A stretch of 64,000 nucleotides of DNA from Botryllus schlosseri (taxonomy: Eukaryota). The notes beneath the pieces were generated by a model that was not told where the DNA came from, did no database searches, and worked only from the letters and a program-made list of their open reading frames with translations. Positions 23,285 through 35,000 of the stretch are shown here, piece by piece; position 1 is the stretch's first letter; each line of letters starts with the position of its first letter. The stretch lies in the NCBI GenBank assembly GCA_051294905.1, contig CM119372.1:14820001-14884000 (forward strand), written 5' to 3'. Position numbers and translations under genes: made by a program.

Positions 23285-26052
23285 AAAATCTAATCTAATC
23301 AGGTTTGTTATTCTTCACAAATGGGCCCATTAATCCCAGCAATTTATTTCAGTAGGCGACGGGGTGTCTTCCTTCCTTTCTTGAATTCCCTCCAGAGTTT
23401 ATACAACTGCCCATCAACTAATCGGCACTCTTTGCGGCGTCGTTTTTTAACGATATGTGAAAGTCGCGTTCTTTCCCGCGCTTGGCGCTTGCGCAATCCG
23501 TGATCACGTGATCTGATCACGCCGTGACTGCGTGACCTACGCATGCCCTGGCCTCCTTACAAGACCAACAAATCAGTTGATAATAACATTATTACTTTAT
23601 TAATTCATATTAATACTTGTGAATACACTTAATTTCAAAATTTCCCGATGAATTCACCGAGGGCCGGGTTCTCCAAGGGCCGGGTTCTCCGGCAACCGTG
23701 TCTGCATTATCTGTGACTGAATTTACAATCGTTACAACGGTTGCCATTTCAACTGTTCAGCCAAATACTGTATCTTGTAATAATTTCTGATTAAAATTTG
23801 TGATACTCATTTCAGTTAATCTACGAGTTATTTTATTGCTATGTTTAGCCTTTATTTTACGATGGAGACTGAAGCCATGAAGTGACTGCGATATGCCCAA
23901 ATATCAGTATACGTCTGATGGTGAATTGAAAGAAATGCGGCGTTGGCGAAGGCAACAGTTCATAAAATATCGTTCTCTAAGCATTGGTTCAGCCTGCAGC
24001 GACAATGTCCTTGATCAGCCGATTGTCACTACTATTGTTATCTCGCTTTCTGTACATCGATGAATATGAGGCCAGTGGAATTAACCCAGATACCAGAGAC
24101 CAAGCCAAGCCTCAACGTGGGTTTTATCATTCACAATTGGGCTCTGAATGAAGTTAGCGTCCCACACAGCGAGCTGGCTGCTGATGGTAGCTCCGCGCTG
24201 CCTTGACCCTATTCTTCACGCCAAGACACAGACTTGTTTGATAAACCAGATTTTGTCTGCATTTCAATTAAAGAACAGGAATAGTTGTATCAAACTTGTC
24301 ACGGAAAGAACATCTCTCTGTATCTCGACTGAAATCAATGTGTCGTTTTATGCATTTTATATGACTGCCTGTCTGTATTTGACCGGTATTTTGAATGTAT
24401 GCTCGTGGTGGATTTTATTATAACTAACACGATAATAAAAATATATTGTCAAATTGTGATGTTTTGCAACATAAGGTTAATATATCTGCCAGAAAGCAAC
24501 AATGACTCAGGTAGCGATAGGGTTACTAGCGGTTGTAAGCTGCAGTAGCGAGAGGGTTAATGAACGGCAACTAAAGGGTTAATGAGTCTGCAGCTGAAGT
24601 GCGAAAAGTGTATCTTTTGAAGCATCATTTTGACATTGAATGTGCAAAATACGCCGGGCGATCGCTTTCCATTTTGTTGACTGGGATGAGGTTCACGCTC
24701 GCGTTCACAAAGAACCTTTCAAAAAGGTGCGCGTTCACACGAACCTGAACCTTTCAGAGATTCACACCATCCCTAGTTCTGTGTGAGCGCGAACCTATGA
24801 CGTCACGTGACGTCATATTGCTAATTCCAACCCCACAGTTCAGTAAAGTGGTATACAAGATACCTAGCGACGACTCGGGCCACATTATGCCACAATGCTG
24901 AAGTACATGCTGACATTTAAAACGTCCGCAAATGTAACAACTGGAGCAATCAAATGCTATAATAACTCCATCAAATCAATATATTCCGTCGCTTTGCCAA
25001 TAATTTCGACGAGGACTTGCAAGGGGATATGAGCTTACGCCTGAAAAGTCTATAGGCCAGACCGGAGATTATATTCGGCGTCTGACTATTATTGCTACAT
25101 TGATATTGAGCAGAGGGTAAAGGGGTTTATGCACTTCCTACCGCTATGACCCCATGAACAAGTTATACGGCAGCCAACACCCCAATCGCACGGATTTCGT
25201 TTTTATGATACAATAAACACATCAAATCATAATGGATCCCGTACGCCAGCTAGATTTCTTATGCAGCCAGCGTCATTCATATAGGGTGATCCGAAGGTGA
25301 AATGCAAAGAATTTTAACGAAAGATGTTGAATAACGTGACAAAATGTAATACTCAACAAGGTTCGTTTGTGAACGTGAACCTCTAAATTTGCGAGGTTCA
25401 CACACAGAGCAGGAACGTGAACCTTGCAATCACACCATACCTATAAGTAAATAAGTTTAACGGCACTTCAAGGTACCAAGTTGTGCTTTCACCCCCATTC
25501 CAACATTCCAATGGAGATTATCCATTCCATTATGGAGATATATAACAGGGATGTATGGTCGGTTCTTCGTGTACCAGCCCAAGAAATCTAGAAGGGTGCT
25601 AGTATGATAAGCAACAAGTCGTCAACTGAATCAACAAACCTTTGGGTTTATATCTTTGTAAATCTGACTTTAAAGGGGTCAGTGCGTCACTGATCATGAT
25701 GAACCTCACTGCACGTAGCTGCCATCAATATATGGCTGTAGGAACTGTTGTGCTACGCCTATACGCTTAACGCTACATACGACCATGACCAAGCTCTGTT
25801 TCAATTGGATTTTCGAAAATATTCGAATAGAATAACCAATAATCGGCAATACGATTACAACGCTCTCTACTCAGTCTCAATCATGCATCTCATGCCATTT
25901 TTAGAATAGATCATAATATCAGCGAATTAAAATTACACTTATAATGGAATTACATAAAGAAATACGGGGTATATACGGACGTATCAATTATGCTCGCAAT
26001 ATCAACGAAATAATGCACGCTTTAAATGTATAGTGTCGCACAAACCCCTGAA

Positions 26053-29000
26053 CTATTCAGCCAAAATCCAAACTTCGTTTCTGCGCCCCCAAAGGCGATA
26101 AGGGCTTTCGTATGCAGCAATGTAGAATTGGCCCTTTCTATAAGGCATCCCGTCTTTTTGGAGTAATCCTTCTAGCTTTTCCAGTTCATTCTTCTCTTTC
26201 CGTTCATTCGTCCAACCACTATAGGCACTGTAGAAAACAGCAGCAACCGTCGAGTCCTTATGATTTGATATGGAAATCGTAATGTTTTACGCATATTTTA
26301 CTAACGGAAAAAATTCCAAATCTTCGGTCTGTTAAGAGGAATTGCCTGGTATACCTACTGCTTGCCTAAAGGCAAAGTTCGAACTGCGTTTACCCAAAAA
26401 TAACCATTTAAGCAAACATCAAACATCAATAAATTACGATAATATTGGAATCTATATGCAGGTTGGAGATTATCGTCCCCTTACGAGCTAATAATAATAA
26501 TAACCTGGTGATGACCAGACATATAAGGCACCGTGGATCGAATGTCTCTCGAGTACGAGGGGGTATAGTTCGCTACTTGCAACGAAAATACGAGGAAAGC
26601 TAATAGTTGTGGTGTAAAAATTAGCAGTGAAGATCACAAATCCCGAGTTTATACCCTCAATAGCTTCCTACAACGATCTATTCTCTGGTAATGTTCACAA
26701 ATGATCAGTTTATGTCATATAGTCCTATATGTCATATTGCATTACCAATTACGGCTACAATTAATTGGATATGTTGTAATCGTCCTAACCGATTATAATA
26801 ATCAGAATGCACGAATATCCCCGAGGATGCATTTAAAACAAATGATGGTTTAAATAACTTTGTTTAAAACACGTTTAAAACTGTGTTTTAAACAAATTGT
26901 TTTCTTTTAAGGTGCATAATTATGCCATAAGTGTGCAAATACTTTTAAAAAATCACATTTTCTTTGAGCCTACGGCCGATTACCACCCGATATAGCCGAC
27001 CTATACGATACGGGATGGTTGGAACCTCGAAATAGTCAGTTCTATAGCTATAGTACGTATATATAGATCGGTACGGAAGGTATGTTCTGATGATGGTGAC
27101 CGCCGAGCGTAAAAATGCTGCATGACGATGTAGTCCTGGTTAAAGATGGAGCTATATTTACCCTATATTTTCAATTGTCAATGTCAATCCGCTATGACGT
27201 CACAAATAAATACCCTAATTATCCCATGTCTGAATCGTACCGTGAATAATTTTTCCACTTACAAATTATTAAAAAAAAATTGCATCATATGGTAACCATG
27301 AACTAGTTCCATAGAGTTAGATGTCTTGTTCTCAAGGCCATATAGTTTAACAAACCTAGTGTACGTACATGTACTGTATATATCATTGTAGTATACGCGT
27401 TTACAATGTACATACGGTGATTGAATCAAGAACTTCGCATAACCTGGCGTTTACAATGTACATTGTACATACAGTGATGGAATCAAGAACTTCGGATAAC
27501 CTGGCATAGATGCGCATTCCTGGTGTCGTCGATAGATATACATCTGAGTTGGTTGGCCGAGGAGGTTTATCGTGAAATTGTTTCGGCGTGTAGAACGACA
27601 TTTCATGTTTATTGTCGCGACTTGTCGGTTTATCCTCCACACCGTCGTATGACATCAATACAGGTACTGTCATACTGATATTTGCATCTAAACAGAAATG
27701 GTTATGGGCTTCTGGTATTCTGAAATTAACTGGTATCGTTTTATAGTAACATATTTATGTCCATGTTGCTAGTAATCGAAGAGTCCGATCAGTGTGTGGC
27801 GCCGACTTTTACTTTTGCATGGGGTGGCGGCAGGCGCGTAGCCAGGGGTGTCGGAACCCCCTCCTTTTGAAACGCAAAACCCCGTCCTTTTGAAATGACC
27901 ATTCTGACGCTAATATTCAGTTGCAATTCAACAAGTCGTATTATCAGTGTTACGCGGGACCGCGTCCAATTAGCGAGACTCGTCTGTGCACGCATATCGC
28001 ATCGCAACACGATCGCAACACGTAACGCGACACGATCTCCCGCTGATATGGTTGCGAAATTTGGTCATTCATTGCCGCGTGCTCGGCATTCGTCGCTGGA
28101 CTGAGCAGTAACACGGCGCGACAATTCTGGTCTGGAACACGAAAGACAGACAAGAAATATGATTGGCGCGGCCAATCAGTAATTATCCCTTACCGCCAAC
28201 ACAATGGGTTTTTACTTAGTATTGAGTAGCTCGCATCACGACAGTTGGTTGCTGATTAAAACATCGATTTTGACTGCATTGCTGCATTTCCCGATTTACG
28301 TGCGCAAAGCATAATTGGATTAATATTATATTATGGCCACTGGAATAAATTCCAACTAGCAGGCACACACAACAAAACACTGTTCAACTTTGCGCTCCGA
28401 GAATATTTATCACAAAAATGGTTCACAAAATATTTTAAACGCGGCTTGCGCCCCTCATCGATGCAAATCATGCACTTTAATTTGTAGAAGGTGAACGTGT
28501 ATTTGGTCGTCAAATCGCGATAGGAAATGGTGTTTCTCAGAACGCGCGATGAAATCTACGTTTCTAACGATGAGGTCGAATTTGTACATCTAATAAGGAT
28601 CGTTAGTTTGCTGAAATCAGCATCAGTACGCCATGCGAAATACATAGTAGTGAATAATTTTATCGGACTGTACAATCGGCCGGCAAGGTTGCGCTGATAA
28701 CGAAATTGCAGACATGCCGCAAACCTGCAATAATTACAATTACAGGGTGCGCCCGTCATACCCAAATACCCCGATTCGGCAATGGCAACAAGCACAATTT
28801 GTTCAGACGCGGGCATAAGTTTTAATCAAAAAGATACATAAATACAAACAATATAACACTCAGAGATTGTTACTGTTTGGCGAAAGTGTTTCTGCGGACG
28901 GTAGCAGTATAGAAATTAAACTATAGTAGCAGGCCTGCCTGCGGATGCGCTAAATCAAACCAACAACGATAGTGCACATGAGATATCGATGGCCCATTTC

Positions 29001-32000
29001 GCATACAAATGATTCTCGCTAATTTGCAGTACGCAGCATCGGTAATACGAATGAGTAAATTGGCATTTCAAAAGGATGGGATTTCTAGTTATAAATGAGA
29101 AACTCCCTGGCTACGCACCTGAGGTTTTAATGCCGACAACGCGCTGGGTAATATCAGACCGGGTTCTTCGGTCTATATACGTAGGCTCCGATCAGCAATA
29201 AAATGGTGCGCTTTTAATTAACCACGTGTTATTGCAGTAAGAGCAATATGGGTGCATGCCGCGACCTTATCAATAGAAATACATATCCCAAGAGTTTGAA
29301 ACTCGATCCGCGATATGGTTGCGCTCGATAGAGTACGTCCAGCAATGAAGTTTATTGGAACATATATGGTTCCCGTTCAAACTAATCGAATAAATGCAGA
29401 ATTTGTACCACCGAGAATCTCGTGCTGCAATAATATTTGACAACGTAACTCTACGCCAGGGGTGGGCAAACTTTTGAGCTCGCGGGCCGCATTCAACATC
29501 TGAATCCATTCGCGGGCCGCACTATATAAAATTGGGATTATAAACCAAAACGCAATATTGCTGGTATTTGATTATATAGTGAGGACATGGAGATAACATA
29601 TATGCTTATTTAAAACAAACTAAACATTGCTATAATGATATCGTTCACGCGCCAGAAGCAATGGCGAGATTTAATAGGCTGGTCGCCCTCAATAACCAAT
29701 TTGTCAAAACTATAGAGATATAAAGTCGGTTGTCCCGATTCTTAGAACAGGATTGAAATTTAAATCTGTGAGCAGTGATCTGCTCATAGATTTACCAATT
29801 CCACTTTTGGTTCAGTGCCAGGACACACAATGCTGACAGCATCATAACCATGTTAGCTTCAAACGCGCTTCTACTATATGTGTAGATAAAATATAAAAAC
29901 CCTAATTCTACGCATACAGAGAACGAATCTATTTAAGACACGCGCAAACCGTTTTTATAAGCACATCACTGAAATAATTGAAACTGGAGTGGCCAATCTG
30001 AAATCGCACTCGTGATCCCAATTACGTCTATCTCGTTTGGGATTTCTGTGATGTTTGGCAGTTGAAACCTTTCAAACTGCGTGGGACTTGACATCGGGCT
30101 GTCGCACCAGACATTAAACAGGAACAATAATATAGGAAGTATTTACCTTAGATAAGTGGTTCTCGAACTTTTTAAGACATGCCCCCAACCCCTTATGATG
30201 GTGAAAGATTTCGCGCCCCCTTATCGTCATATCACAAAACGCAACCAGGATGCTATAGCAAACCTAACGGATAGTTTGGTGGCATGGGAGGTTACGACTA
30301 TTGATGAGAGATTTTTAAATATGAAATTCATACTAAAGACAGAGCAATAATTATGAATTGGAAGTAAATCGCGCGTAGCGCGAAAAAAATTTTCAGTTGA
30401 GCTCAGCTTCGCGATCCCCTTCAGATGCTTTCACGACCCCAAGGGGCACGCGTCCCCCAGGTTGAGAACCATTGCCTTGGAATTATCATGGTGAAATATA
30501 GTCAAATCATCTCTGCATTAATTCGATTTTTAGTACGCATTTTCTCAATATTTTTAATAAGTTACTTTAGACTCTCACGGGCCGCAAAAAACGGTGTTGC
30601 GGGCCGTAGTTTGCCCACCCCTGCTCTACGCTCTGTACTGCACAATACGTAGTATTAATAACAAATCAAACACTGACAAGTGACACCGAGAGAATACGAG
30701 TGTACAAAACAGACAAGGATTAGTAGCCTACAGATGATAGCAAACGAGAAAGCGCGCATCTCATCAGTGATTCATCAACTTGCGGACAGCAAAATGGGGT
30801 TCCAAGTCTGACATTGCGATAATTGTTTGCTCATTATAACGACGTTTGAGCTGCATTGTTACATTTTCAGATAAAATTTGGCAAAGCCTTGTTAGGGTAA
30901 TGAATATGCTCACTTTGCGCAGGAATGACTTTGAATTCGCAGGCATGCACAAACGCACTGTCCTATTTCGCGCTCCAAGCCCCCAATTAAAGAGACTATC
31001 ACGGAACTACCTCAAGAATTATTTTTTAAACGAATATGGTCGCAAGTACAATTTAACTAGGGGGAGGAGAACGTGAATTGTCGAGAGAGAAGATGGTGTT
31101 TCTCAGCGCCAACGTGTCGAAATCGACGTCATAAACGAGGTTGCTTCGATTGTCTGATTACTAATCACGGGTTACAATTTATTGGGTCGGTTTAATTAAG
31201 CACTAGTTCGTGTCGCCGACGAAGCTGCATATTCAATTAAGCGCGCGCGTATCGGTTAATGGTAAATAGTTGACATTTACGCGTATTATCAAATTAATCG
31301 CTCACAAAATGTTTTGTAAATTCGCAAGGTCAACCAAAAATCTGATTAGCCTGACCGCGTACCTCAACCAGACTTGGACAACTAGATAATTCTAGTTATC
31401 TAATTTCACTAAATAAGAGCAAAATGCCAGTAATCTAATTCTAATCTAATTCATGAAATATTTCTGTGCTCCAATTCTAATTCTAATCTAGTTTGTTAAA
31501 TATGTTTCTAAACTTTAATTTTAATTCTAATCTAATTTATTGCTTTCCGGAAAATGCCTCTTTGTCCGCGACATTTTGCAACGATTTAACAATAATATCC
31601 CTCTCGGGCAGGGAAATCCAGTGCCAAGCCCCCGTCGCATTACTTACGCCCTATATTCATATTAGTTATTGTGACGCATAATACACAGACTAGCACTAGC
31701 TTGTAGTCTGCGAACAACCTTCTAGTTTCGATCACAAACAGAACAGCAGCAACGAAAAATAGATAGTTAACATGAGGGCTTTGGAGCCGGAGCGAGGAGC
31801 CGGAGCCCTGCAGCCGCGCGTTTTCACCAGGGCTGGAGTCGGAGCTCTACATAAAATTCAACCGGAGCCGGAGCTGGAGCCAGTTATTGAGGAGTAGCTC
31901 CGGCTCCGACGTATTTCATAAGATGCTATCACATATGCAACAACCATATCTGCTGATTTCACATAATTCTTCAGCAGGCCTTCGCGAAATTAAAAACTTT

Positions 32001-35000
32001 TGCCTCTTTGGCGCTACCTTTTCTGACTAACCGATTTAACAGCAGATAAATCATATGTTCAATGTTCAATTTTCATACATGAGCGCCGAACCTCGGTAAG
32101 CTAGATATGCCTGTGAAGTAAGGATTTTCGACCGTAAATAGCCTAGCCCCTCTAAGGGATGGCAGAAAAGTAGCCCAAAACGCCATTACACTCAGCAAAC
32201 ATTTGTCGCGGTGCAAGCTACACAATGCGATGTCAGAACCTATGGTGTTTTATGTTGGAGACAAATTACTGCTTTGATACGCGATTTCCAATTTGTAATA
32301 ATCTGTTTCGTGCATTCATTCTTGATGTTTGCGGGATACTCCGGTATCCACGAATTATCGCGCACTGGGACTTGTAAATGTGCTTAGTTTAATTCGTTAC
32401 GGGCACGTCGCAATGTACACGGCACAGTGTTTAATTCGACTATTCGAATCGTTTCATCGGAAAAATAATATATTCCGATAAACTTGATAGACACCGGATG
32501 GAATGGTAACGAGTGCACCAATATCTAACTTCCAACCATTGGCTATTTGGTACAAATCGGATTTCTGTTAACCAGGTCGTAATATCCGCCCATATTGTTC
32601 TTACTGCAGCATACAGTTGAATAATAATCGTAAATTTAAAGATTGAATTCAGCTGTATGGCTTAATGTTAACGATTACAGTGTCAGTGTTAAAACGCCAC
32701 ATCAGAATTTTAATACTGTACACAGCAATGGCATGGAGTAGACAGCGTTCTAGTGCAACTACTTGGACAACTAGATAATTCTAGTTGTCTAATTTCACTA
32801 AATTAGAGCGAAATGCCAGTAATCTAATTTTAATCTAATTTGTGAAATGTTTCCATGCTCTAATTCTAATTCTAATCTAATTTGTGAAATGTTTCCATGC
32901 TCTAATTCTAATTCTAATCTAATTTGTGACATGTGTCTATGCTCTAATGTTAGTTTTAATCTAGTTTATCTATTGCTTTCCTGAAAATGCCTCGTCGTCC
33001 GAGGCATTTTGCAGCGAGTTAACAAAACTGTCCCTCTCGCGCAGGGAAATCTAGTGCCAAGCCGCCATCGCCATACTTACACCGTGCACTCGTGCAGTCA
33101 TAGTAGTTATTATTACGTCATACAGACAAAATAGTTCTTACATTTCGAATTTGATTCACCCTATCACTGACGTTTCGCTACTGATGAGAGTCAGTCGAAA
33201 AGCTTTTAGCGAATAAATTAACAATATGAAGTTATTGTTTCGCGTTATTCTGAAGTTCTGTACCACAAATCACTTGTTCAAATAGTAGTTATTGTAACAA
33301 ATAATATTAACCTGCTAGCCTGTAGTCTGCGAATGACATTTTAGTCTTTGAAACTTTACATTAGTACAACGACGGGCTGACTAACATGATGGGTGATGCT
33401 CATGATTACCACAAAAGAAGTAATTTTTTATTAAAGTAGTACAAATACAACGAGAAATATCATGGTCATAAACGTCATTTTATTTTGAACTATGAGCTGC
33501 GCACGATACCCGACAACGCTTTCCAACGACTACTGAAACGATATCGGTGCTAGCCAGTCAAGTTACTAGCTGAAAGACCATCTCATCCTGAAGATTGATC
33601 TTGTGGGGACGTCGTATGCCATTTTCTTAGCGTCTCTGTCTCAGCAGAGTCTGGGCCATTGCACGTCAAGGCAATATGCTTATAGATATCAGCAGTCTCT
33701 CCATCGATGGAATGCTGTTGCCATCGCCGAAGCCGTTTCAGCTAGTGTGGAATAAAGTTGTTGGGCACAGGTGAATAGTTTATTTTGAAACAACAACAAT
33801 AATTTGAAACTGAAATAAATTTTAATACTTCAAAATGCTTTATTTATCGTATTTCCAAAATCTCAAATCAGATCGCCGGCAGCGATTGCGGTGACCCCTG
33901 GTATAGTAAAAATCGAGCCAAGCTTGGTGTACAGACGTTAACCATTGTCGTGGTTTTGATATGAACTGATTTCTGCTGTATCCATTTCACATTCACAATT
34001 TCATTCAATTTCCAAGTTTTTACGAATTCAGTAATTCTAATTCTAATCTAATTTGGTAAAAACGGTGTAGCTCTAATTCTAATTCTAATTCTAATCTAAT
34101 TTTAAAAAGCTGTGTAGCTCAAATTCTAATTCTAATCTAGTTTGGAAAAACTTGTGTAGCTCTAATTCTAATTCTAATTTAATTTGTAAAAGTTGTGTAG
34201 GTCTAATTCTAATTCTAATCTTATTCGGATAAGTTGAAAATTTTCTAGTTGTCCAAGTCTGAATGATGTCATCGACAATTGACAAGTATTGATTATGACG
34301 TCACAAGCCGGCACGGCGGCACCTATGTCTTCGTTGCTGCATCCTATGTTACTGACGGCTGGCAGACTCTAGATTACTATAGATAACTAACATACGGCTA
34401 GATTAGTAATATTTATAGACCAGGGGTGGTTAACCTTTTCGGCCACATGCAATTAACGAACGAGTGCGCGGTCCATTAGCCGCGCCAAGCGCGTAAAATT
34501 TTCCAAGTTTATAAATGAACTAGGTCAATAATATCAATAAATTGCGGGTCAACTGTATACCGCCCGATGGGCTCAGTTTGCAAGGACAGGACTATTCAGA
34601 ATCTGGACATTTCGATATCGAAGGTTTCCGCTAATATGTGTCAAGCATTTTTAGCCTACATTTCATCGTCGACGATCTTTCTGCAAGCGCAAACGCGACT
34701 TTCACTCGTAATTGCGAATATAGTTAGACTCAATCGGGTAAATTGGGCGTTTTCTTCAGTTTCAGGAGAGGGTAGGCTACCAAGCAAGAAATCGTGTGAC
34801 AATTAAACACGCAAAGCGTGCGGAAAAATTTTACTACTATTTCAGTTCATTGAAATGTACGACGATTTACTCAAAATGTGACTGGACCCTGGATCTGTCA
34901 ATGCGTCGGAACCAGAGGTGGTCAAAGTAGACAAGAAAGCTACTCAAGTAGAGCTAGAAGTAGCGACGAAAAAATCTACTCCAGTAGGAGTAGAAGTACT

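Larger units (their letters stand above)
22532..23697. mobile_element. MULE-like non-autonomous element with GAGAACCCGGCCCT tandem TIR repeats, a telomere-like tract and a 30-bp minisatellite
   Basis: Inverted GAGAACCCGGCCCTTGGAGAACCCGGCCCT at both ends. Minus-strand remnant ..GQLYKLWREFKKGRKTPRRLLK*IAGINGP resembles the C-terminus of invertebrate MULE transposases (from recall). No TSD found. Confidence 0.6.
22005..25443. mobile_element. Family A copy with an inverted family A copy (22057-24775) inserted into it
   Basis: Inner element bounded by TAGGGATGGTGTGAA TIRs with TSD GTTCTGTG (22049-22056, 24776-24783). The outer element resumes at 24784 and ends CACACCATACCTA. Confidence 0.82.

Noticed and set aside
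27948..28113. TGTTAC...GTAACA segment as a solo LTR
   Set aside because: No matching 4-6-bp TSD and no second copy in the window.
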